The translations under genes and the position numbers were made by a program. From NCBI RefSeq assembly GCF_028435265.1, contig NZ_JAGTJK010000012.1:102900-166899 (forward strand): a stretch of DNA of 64,000 nt. Reading direction: 5' to 3'. Under the pieces are notes generated by a model. It was not told the DNA's origin and did no database searches. It was given only the letters and a program-made list of their open reading frames with translations. The stretch comes from Polyangium jinanense (lineage in GTDB: Bacteria; Myxococcota_A; Polyangia; Polyangiales; Polyangiaceae). Positions 57,347-64,000 of this stretch are shown one piece after another; position 1 is the stretch's first letter; every line of letters begins with the position of its first letter.

Positions 57347-60300
57347 ATGACGCGGCGGACCGGGTACTCCTTGCTGGGGCTCTTGATGGCGGCGATGACC
57401 ATCCTGAGCTGCACCACGATCCTCGGCATTGATACCGAGAGCGACGAGAACCCGTGCAGCGCCGGGGACCTGCCGCCGCTCGAGTGCGGCGTCGGCGCCT
57501 GCCGCACGATCCGGCCCGCGTGCGTGAACGGCCTGCCGATGACCTGTCCGCCCGTCGACTCCCAGGCCGACGAGATCTGCGACGGCATCGACAACAACTG
57601 CGACGGGCTCATCGACGAGGGGTGTCCCTGCATGGAAGGGGCGGTCCAGAGTTGTTATAGCGGCGCGCCCCTCACCCGGAACGTCGGTATCTGCGTCACC
57701 GGCATCCAGACCTGCACGAACGGCATCTGGCTCGATTGCACCGGCGAGGTGCTACCGGGCCTCGAGAACTGCGACGACAGCTTCGACAACGATTGCAACG
57801 GCAAGGTCAACGACAACTGCGCCTGCACCGAGGGGCAGACCCGCAAGTGTTACGGCGGCCCGCCGATCACGCAGGGCGTCGCGAACTGCAAGGAAGGTGA
57901 TCAGACCTGCCTGAACGGCTTCTGGGGCGACTGCAAGGCGGACGTCATCCCCGGCGGCGAGGTCTGCGACGGCGTCGACAACAACTGCGATGGCGCCATC
58001 GACGAGATTTCCGGCTGCGAGTGCTCCGGGGATCAGACGAAGGAGTGTTACACGGGCGACGACAAGTTCGTCGGCATCGGCGTCTGCAAGAAGGGGTATT
58101 ACCCCTGCAAGGGCGGCAAGTTCGACGAGACGAAGTGCCTGACCGAGGTGCTCCCCGGCGCCGAGGTCTGCAATGGCCTCGACGACGATTGCAACGGCCT
58201 GCCCGACGACGCGATGGGCCTCGGCCTCGATTGCACGACGAAGCTGCCCGGCATCTGCAAGTTCGGCAAGACGGATTGCGGCATCGACGAGGAGACGGGC
58301 AAGCCGGGCACGATCTGCACGCCCGACGTCAAGCCCTTCCAGAACCCCGAGCAGGGCTGCAACCTGGTCGACGACAACTGCGACGGCGTCATCGACGAGG
58401 GCGTCCTCTGCTGCCCGGAAGACGGCATTCAGAACGGCAGCGAGACCGACGTCAACTGCGGCGGCACCTGCGTGATCAAGTGCCCCGACGGCAAGAAGTG
58501 CAACACGGGCGACGACTGCGTCTCGCAGGTCTGCGTGAGCGGCATCTGCGTCGGCGACACGTGCGACGACGCGACGGAGAACGGCACGGAGACGGACGTC
58601 GATTGCGGCGGCTCCGCCTGCCCCGGCTGCCAGCCCACGAAGAACTGCGAGTACGGGTCCGACTGCCTCTCGAACGTGTGCGTCGGCGGCAAGTGCCAGG
58701 CGCCGACCTGCTTCGACGGCGTGGAGAACGGTAACGAGAGCGACAAGGACTGCGGCGACGCCTGCAAGCCTCTGCTCTGCGTCAACCTCCAGAATTGCAA
58801 CAGCGCGCTCGATTGCGTGAGCCTCTCCTGCAAGGACAAGGTCTGCCAGGCGGCGACCTGCGGCGACACCACGAAGAACGGCAGCGAGACGGACATCGAT
58901 TGCGGCGGTGGCCAGTGCCAGGGCTGCGGCACGGGGCAGGGCTGCAACGTCGGCGCCGATTGCAAGGAGAAGGTCTGCGGGGCGAACAAGACGTGCCTCG
59001 CGCCGACGTGCACCGACAGCGCGGCGAACGGGCAGGAGACGGACGTCAACTGCGGCGGCCCCGACTGCGTCGCCCGCTGCGACACGGGCCAGAAGTGCCT
59101 CGTGGCGACCGACTGCCAGAGCAAGATCTGCACGAACAACATCTGCGCCCCCTCGCAGTGCACGGACTTCGTGCAGAACGGGACCGAGACGGACGTCGAT
59201 TGCGGCGGCGGTTGTCCGGAGAAATGCGACCCGTCCGAGAAGTGCAAGACCAACGTCGACTGCAAGAGCGACGTCTGCACGGGCGGCATCTGCCTTTCGC
59301 CGACCTGCTCGGACAACAAGAAGAACGGCGCCGAGACGGACCTCGACTGCGGCGGCCCGTGCGTGCAGGAGCAGAAGAAGTGCTCGGACGGCAAGCAGTG
59401 CCAGTTCGCCGGCGACTGCCAGAGCGGCGTCTGCACGGGCGGCATCTGCGTGCCCGCGCAGTGCAACGATCAAACGAAGAACGGCAACGAGACGGACATC
59501 GACTGCGGCGGCGGCCTGCCCTGCCAGGCCTGTGACATCGGCAAGAATTGCCTGAACGCCATCGACTGCAAGACGAACATCTGCTCGGCCGGCAAGTGCG
59601 CGCCGAAGCCGATCGGCGAGTTCTGCCTCTCGGCGCTCGAGTGCGCGAGCGGCAACTGCGTCGACGGGTTCTGCTGCAACAGCTCCTGCGACGGCACCTG
59701 CTTCGCGTGCTCGGCCGCCAAGAAAGGCCAGGGCAACAACGGCTTCTGCCAGGCGATCGTCGGCAACGCCGATCCGGACAACGAGTGCGCGTCGGACAAC
59801 CCGAGCAGCTGCGGCAACACGGGCTTCTGCAACGGCGCCGGGGCGTGCGCGAAATACAGCAATAGCGTCGAGTGCGTGGTGGCGACGTGCAAGGACATCA
59901 CGACGGCGAAGCTGCCGCAGTTCTGCAACGGCAACGGCGCGTGCCTGACGAGCGCCGAGCAGTCGTGCGTGCCGTACACGTGCAGCGCCGGCCAGTGCAA
60001 CACGAGCTGCGCGATCGACGCGCAATGCGCGGGCGGGTACTACTGCAACAATAGCCAGTGCATTCCGAAGGGCACCATCAGTTCGTCGTGCCAGACGAAC
60101 AACCAGTGCGCGAGCGGCAACTGCGTCGACGGCGTCTGCTGCGACTCGGCCTGCACGGGCACCTGCTACGCGTGCTCGGCGGGCAAGAAGGGCCAGGGTA
60201 GCGACGGCATCTGCGGGCCGGTCGTGAACAACGGAGACCCCGACAACGAGTGCGCGACGACGTCGATCGCGAGCTGCGGGACGACGGGCGTCTGCGACGG

Positions 60301-63300
60301 CACGGGCAAATGCGCCCTGCACCCGAACGGCGCCCCCTGCGCCGCGGCGGAGTGCCTCAACGCGACGACCCTGAGCCCGAGCTCGACCTGCAACGGCTCC
60401 GGCACCTGCACGGCCACGTCGCAGATCTCGTGCGCGCCATACCTCTGCAAGAACAACGCGTGTTCGAGCACGTGCGTGGGCGACGTGGACTGCGCGACGG
60501 GCAACTACTGCCTGCTTTCGTCTTGCCAGGCGAAGAAGGCGGACGGCAACTCGTGCATTGGCAACAACGAGTGCGCGAACGGCAACTGCGTCGACGGCGT
60601 CTGCTGCAACAACGCGTGCACGGGCCTCTGCCAGGCCTGCTCGGCGGGCAAGAAGGGCAGCGGCGCGGACGGTACGTGCGGGCCGATCGCGAACGGCCAA
60701 GACCCCGACAACGATTGCATGGACGGCCAGTGCGCGGACAGCACCACGCTCAACGTGACGCAGGTCTGCAACGGCGCGGGTGCGTGCAAGGCCGGGGTCA
60801 CGGCGAGCTGCACGCCCTACGTGTGCGCGCCGGGCGTCTCCTGCCCGACGACGTGCACGAGCGACGCAAACTGCGCGTCGACGCATTATTGCAACGCCTC
60901 GAACCAGTGCGTCTCGAAGAAGGCGACGGGACAGACCTGCACGAACCCGACCGGCAACGAGTGCACGAGCGGCAACTGCGTCGACGGCTATTGCTGCAAT
61001 GAGGCGTGCGCGGGGACGTGCCGGGCGTGCTCGATCGCGGCGGGCGCGGCGACGAACGGCTCCTGCGCGAACATCCAGAACGGCGGCACGGACGCGAACC
61101 CGGTCTGCGGCGGGCTCAACACGTGCGACGGCGGGGGCGTCTGCAAGAAGGCGCTCGGTCAGGCGTGCGGCGTGGGGAGCGATTGCTCGAGCGGTTTCTG
61201 CGCGGACGGCGTCTGCTGCAACGAGGCGTGCGGCGGGACGTGCCGGGCCTGCACGCTGGCGAAGAAGGGCGCCGGGACCGACGGGCAATGCGGCAACATC
61301 GCGTCGGGCAGCACGGATGACGCGCCCGTTTGCGGCGGCGCGAACGTGTGCGACGGGACCGGCGCGTGCAAGAAGAAGATGGGCGAGGCTTGCGTCGTCG
61401 GGACGGAGTGCGTGAGCGGCTCCTGCGTCGACGGCGTTTGCTGCAGCTCGGGGTCGTGCTCGACGTGCCAGACCTGCAACAAGAACATCATGACCGCCGG
61501 CACGTGCCAGAACATCAACGCCGGCACGACGGACAACAACCCCGTCGGCGCCTGCACCGGCACGAACACCTGCGACGGGAGCGGGACCTGCAAGAAGAAC
61601 GACGGGCAGGTCTGCGGGAACGCCAGCGAATGCCTGAGCGGCAACTGCGTGGACGGGGTCTGCTGCAACGGCACGTGCACCGGTGAATGCCAGGCGTGCT
61701 CGGTGGCGGCGGGCGCCGCGACGAACGGCGTTTGCGGCAACATCACGTCGGGCCAGCCCGACAATTACCCCGCGAACACGTGCGCCGCGCCGAAAGCCTG
61801 CGACGGCGGCGGGGTGTGCAAGAGCGCGAATGGCATCGTGTGCGCGACGGGCAGCGACTGCGTCACCGGCAACTGCGTGGACGGGGTCTGCTGCGACACC
61901 TCGTGCACCGGCGTCTGCAAGGCGTGCTCGGTGGCGAAAGGCGCCGCGGCGAACGGCGTCTGCGGGAACATCGCGCCGGGCAGCACGGACGACGCGCCCG
62001 TCTGCGGTGGCTCGAACGTCTGCAACGGCAGCGGCGCGTGCCTGAAGACGAAGGGCGAGGTGTGCTCGACGGCCTCCGAGTGCGCGAGCGGCGCGTGCGT
62101 CGACGGGGTTTGCTGCACGGCGATGGCCTGCGGGTCGTGCCAGACCTGCAACAAGAACATCATGCTCGCCGGCACCTGCACGAACATCGACAGCGGTCAG
62201 CCGGACAATTTCCCGGCGGGCAACTGCACGGGGACGAACGTGTGCGACGGCGCCGGCGTGTGCAAGGAGCTGAACGGCAGCGCGTGCTCCACGGCCGGCG
62301 AGTGCTTCAGCGGCAACTGCATCGACGGGTTCTGCTGCGACTCCGCGTGCAACGGCACCTGCCGGACGTGCGCGGCGGCATCGGGCGCGCCGGCAAACGG
62401 CACGTGCGGCAACGTCACGTCGGGCACGCAGGACACGGTCCCGGCGAACGCCTGCACCGGGACGAACGTGTGCGACGGTACGGGCACATGCAAGAAGTCG
62501 AACGGCGCGGTGTGCGGCGCGGGGAACGAATGCCTGAGCGGCAACTGCGTGGACGGGGTCTGTTGCAACAGCACGTGCACGAGCACCTGTCAGGCGTGCT
62601 CGGCGGCGGCGAAGGGGCAAGGCTCGGACGGCACGTGCGGCAACATCGTGTCGGGCATGCAGGACAACGTCGCGGCGAGCACCTGCGTCGGGATGAACGC
62701 GTGCAACGGCTCGGGCGTCTGCAAGGAGACGAATGGCTCGGCGTGCTCGACGACCGGCGAATGTTTGAGCAACTTCTGCGCGGACGGGGTCTGCTGCAAC
62801 GCGGCATGCACGGGCACCTGTGATGCCTGTTCGATCGCGGCCGGCGGGACCACGGACGGCACGTGCGGCGACATGATCCCCGGCCTGGAGGACACGAACG
62901 CGACGACTGTCTGCAGCGGCGCGAACGCGTGCGGGCCGAGCGGCACGTGCGTCAACAACAAGAAGGAAAATGGCCAGTCTTGCACCATGGCGAACGACTG
63001 CGCCTCGGGGCAATGCGTCGAGGGGGTCTGCTGCAACTCGGCGTGCACTGGCACGTGCCAGTCGTGCAGCGTGACGGGCAATGTCGGTATGTGCTCGCCG
63101 ATCCCGGCAGGACAGCCGGACAACGTGCCAGCGAACACGTGCACGGGGACGAGCGCCTGCGACGGCGCGGGCACCTGTGAAAAGGCCAATGGCCAGACCT
63201 GCTCGACGCCCGACGAATGCGGCAGCGGCAATTGCGTGGACAACGTCTGCTGCAACTCGTCGTGCAACGGGGTCTGCCAGGCGTGCAATACCGCCGGAAA

Positions 63301-63625
63301 CCCGGGCGTGTGCTCGCCCGTCCCCGTGGGCACGTCCGATTCGCTCTGCCCCACGGGCCAGGGCTGCGACGGCGCGGGCGGCTGCAAGAAGCTGAACGGG
63401 CAGGCGTGCGCCAGTGCAGCGGAGTGCAACAGCGGCCACTGCGTGGACGGCGTCTGCTGCAACGGCGCCTGCTCGGGTGTCTGTGAGGCTTGCTCGGCGG
63501 CGGCGAAGGGCAGCGGGGGCAACGGGACCTGTCAACCGATCACCTCGGGTAAGTACGACGACTTCCCGGCGAACACCTGCGTCGCCCCGAGCGCCTGCAA
63601 CGGCGCCGGCGTCTGCTCCCCGTGA
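57347..63625 (+). CDS. Giant Cys-rich modular lipoprotein (2092 aa): MopE-like CDGxDNDCDG motifs, NGxETDVDCGG modules and ~15 CxSGxCVDGVCC modules
   Basis: The lipobox reads MTILSC. There are 5 copies of E(I/V)CDG(I/V)DNNCDG.IDE-type motifs (57.5-58.4 kb), ~8 modules of ~47 aa of the form C.D...NG.ETD(V/I)DCGG..C..C..G..C....DC.S.VC..G.C..P.C (58.4-59.5 kb), then ~15 larger modules each containing G..C....(E/D)C.SG.CVDGVCC...C.G.C.ACS.A..G...G.CG.I..G..D....C (59.6-63.6 kb). Confidence 0.85.
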   Translation: MTRRTGYSLLGLLMAAMTILSCTTILGIDTESDENPCSAGDLPPLECGVGACRTIRPACVNGLPMTCPPVDSQADEICDGIDNNCDGLIDEGCPCMEGAVQSCYSGAPLTRNVGICVTGIQTCTNGIWLDCTGEVLPGLENCDDSFDNDCNGKVNDNCACTEGQTRKCYGGPPITQGVANCKEGDQTCLNGFWGDCKADVIPGGEVCDGVDNNCDGAIDEISGCECSGDQTKECYTGDDKFVGIGVCKKGYYPCKGGKFDETKCLTEVLPGAEVCNGLDDDCNGLPDDAMGLGLDCTTKLPGICKFGKTDCGIDEETGKPGTICTPDVKPFQNPEQGCNLVDDNCDGVIDEGVLCCPEDGIQNGSETDVNCGGTCVIKCPDGKKCNTGDDCVSQVCVSGICVGDTCDDATENGTETDVDCGGSACPGCQPTKNCEYGSDCLSNVCVGGKCQAPTCFDGVENGNESDKDCGDACKPLLCVNLQNCNSALDCVSLSCKDKVCQAATCGDTTKNGSETDIDCGGGQCQGCGTGQGCNVGADCKEKVCGANKTCLAPTCTDSAANGQETDVNCGGPDCVARCDTGQKCLVATDCQSKICTNNICAPSQCTDFVQNGTETDVDCGGGCPEKCDPSEKCKTNVDCKSDVCTGGICLSPTCSDNKKNGAETDLDCGGPCVQEQKKCSDGKQCQFAGDCQSGVCTGGICVPAQCNDQTKNGNETDIDCGGGLPCQACDIGKNCLNAIDCKTNICSAGKCAPKPIGEFCLSALECASGNCVDGFCCNSSCDGTCFACSAAKKGQGNNGFCQAIVGNADPDNECASDNPSSCGNTGFCNGAGACAKYSNSVECVVATCKDITTAKLPQFCNGNGACLTSAEQSCVPYTCSAGQCNTSCAIDAQCAGGYYCNNSQCIPKGTISSSCQTNNQCASGNCVDGVCCDSACTGTCYACSAGKKGQGSDGICGPVVNNGDPDNECATTSIASCGTTGVCDGTGKCALHPNGAPCAAAECLNATTLSPSSTCNGSGTCTATSQISCAPYLCKNNACSSTCVGDVDCATGNYCLLSSCQAKKADGNSCIGNNECANGNCVDGVCCNNACTGLCQACSAGKKGSGADGTCGPIANGQDPDNDCMDGQCADSTTLNVTQVCNGAGACKAGVTASCTPYVCAPGVSCPTTCTSDANCASTHYCNASNQCVSKKATGQTCTNPTGNECTSGNCVDGYCCNEACAGTCRACSIAAGAATNGSCANIQNGGTDANPVCGGLNTCDGGGVCKKALGQACGVGSDCSSGFCADGVCCNEACGGTCRACTLAKKGAGTDGQCGNIASGSTDDAPVCGGANVCDGTGACKKKMGEACVVGTECVSGSCVDGVCCSSGSCSTCQTCNKNIMTAGTCQNINAGTTDNNPVGACTGTNTCDGSGTCKKNDGQVCGNASECLSGNCVDGVCCNGTCTGECQACSVAAGAATNGVCGNITSGQPDNYPANTCAAPKACDGGGVCKSANGIVCATGSDCVTGNCVDGVCCDTSCTGVCKACSVAKGAAANGVCGNIAPGSTDDAPVCGGSNVCNGSGACLKTKGEVCSTASECASGACVDGVCCTAMACGSCQTCNKNIMLAGTCTNIDSGQPDNFPAGNCTGTNVCDGAGVCKELNGSACSTAGECFSGNCIDGFCCDSACNGTCRTCAAASGAPANGTCGNVTSGTQDTVPANACTGTNVCDGTGTCKKSNGAVCGAGNECLSGNCVDGVCCNSTCTSTCQACSAAAKGQGSDGTCGNIVSGMQDNVAASTCVGMNACNGSGVCKETNGSACSTTGECLSNFCADGVCCNAACTGTCDACSIAAGGTTDGTCGDMIPGLEDTNATTVCSGANACGPSGTCVNNKKENGQSCTMANDCASGQCVEGVCCNSACTGTCQSCSVTGNVGMCSPIPAGQPDNVPANTCTGTSACDGAGTCEKANGQTCSTPDECGSGNCVDNVCCNSSCNGVCQACNTAGNPGVCSPVPVGTSDSLCPTGQGCDGAGGCKKLNGQACASAAECNSGHCVDGVCCNGACSGVCEACSAAAKGSGGNGTCQPITSGKYDDFPANTCVAPSACNGAGVCSP

Positions 63626-63634
63626 AATGGCAGC

Positions 63635-63663
63635 GGCCCGGCTCCCTTCGCGGGGGCCGGGCC
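63635..63663. terminator. GC-rich hairpin between convergent genes
   Basis: GGCCCGGCTCCC, loop ttcgc, then GGGGGCCGGGCC. This is a 12-bp stem with one U-G pair, starting 10 nt after the stop at 63625. Confidence 0.5.
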
Positions 63664-63715
63664 GGCAGAAGGCGGGCGCCGCAAGGGCGTCCGCGGTGCT
63701 TCGAGGGACGACCGA

Positions 63716-64000
63716 TCAGAACTTCGCGCGGAACGACGCGATCATGCGCATCCCCTCGGTACGCGTCGACTCCGGCGCGCTCTTCTCGAACAGATAAAAG
63801 ACGAAGGTCTTCTCCTCGCGTCCCGCGTCGACGACGGCATACTGGAAGCCCGCTTCGCCCATGGCGATGCGGCATGCGCCGTCGCTCGCCTTCGCCTCGA
63901 GCTGCCCCTCACCCACGCGAATCGAGCGTTCCTCGGCGAGACGCACCTCGGTCGCGCCGAACACGGCGAGCGCGGCGTCGCGCTTGCCGGCCAGGGTGTC
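63716..64000 (-). CDS. C-terminal part of a protein ending in an outer-membrane beta-barrel-like signature; the gene starts beyond the window
   Basis: The frame stays open to the window edge; track ORF 63716..63964 merely begins at an internal GTG. The protein ends ...TEGMRMIASFRAKF. A terminal Phe with alternating hydrophobics is typical of OMP C-termini. The functional call is weak. Confidence 0.35.
   Translation of the reverse strand, partial: DTLAGKRDAALAVFGATEVRLAEERSIRVGEGQLEAKASDGACRIAMGEAGFQYAVVDAGREEKTFVFYLFEKSAPESTRTEGMRMIASFRAKF

Noticed and set aside
57752-63535. 1927-aa minus-strand ORF, plus many 100-350-aa ORFs in other frames of 57.4-63.6 kb
   Set aside because: They are shadows of the Cys-rich lipoprotein gene. 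Only the + frame starting at 57347 shows the regular Cys spacing and a lipobox.
1-64000. tRNA, rRNA, transposase, integrase or prophage genes
   Set aside because: I scanned the intergenic regions and the ORF list and recognised none. The rearrangement at 1.5-4.6 kb therefore cannot be attributed to an identifiable mobile element.

Overview
This is a high-GC bacterial chromosome segment. All family calls below come from reading motifs by eye; no database search was run. Several hallmarks point to Myxococcota (inference): a MYXO-CTERM-like sorting tail, giant Cys-rich repeat lipoproteins, MJ0042-type zinc-ribbon/TPR proteins, and a lipoprotein polymorphic toxin.

The core of the window (27.7-54.7 kb) is a type VI secretion system (T6SS) locus.
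- One + strand operon carries tssJ-K-L-M-A-B-C-hcp-E-F-G.
- Directly after tssG sits an uncharacterised 1225-aa Lys/Ala/Pro-rich helical-repeat protein. No tssH/clpV is present anywhere in the window.
- A convergent operon encodes vgrG, a MORN/YwqK-like protein and a DUF4280 (PAAR-like) protein.
- A divergent putative effector operon ends in a 1295-aa signal-less protein that stacks several peptidoglycan-hydrolase modules. No obvious immunity gene lies next to it.
- Convergent on that operon is a SAM-methyltransferase / LysM-PG-binding gene pair.

Left of the T6SS (low to high coordinate):
- A recent mosaic rearrangement at 1.5-4.6 kb, built from two near-identical direct-repeat pairs around a low-GC insert that carries a small lipoprotein gene.
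- An FGE/SUMF1-family lipoprotein gene.
- Two tandem paralogous giant TPR proteins of about 1600-1670 aa.
- A small PHA-system-like protein and a parvulin-type PPIase.
- A zinc-ribbon / Pro-rich-repeat / TM / TPR protein.
- A roughly 15-blade repeat lipoprotein with a MYXO-CTERM tail.
- A lipoprotein HNH/EndoVII nuclease toxin with a SUKH (SMI1/KNR4) immunity gene, a SitA/SitI-like arrangement.
- A non-coding array of about 13 tandem 20-23 bp repeats.

Right of the T6SS lie a membrane-anchored coiled-coil protein with 42-bp tandem repeats and a 2092-aa Cys-rich modular lipoprotein.

No rRNA, tRNA, CRISPR array, transposase or integrase was recognised. Many very long ORFs in the track are antisense shadow ORFs typical of high-GC DNA and were rejected.
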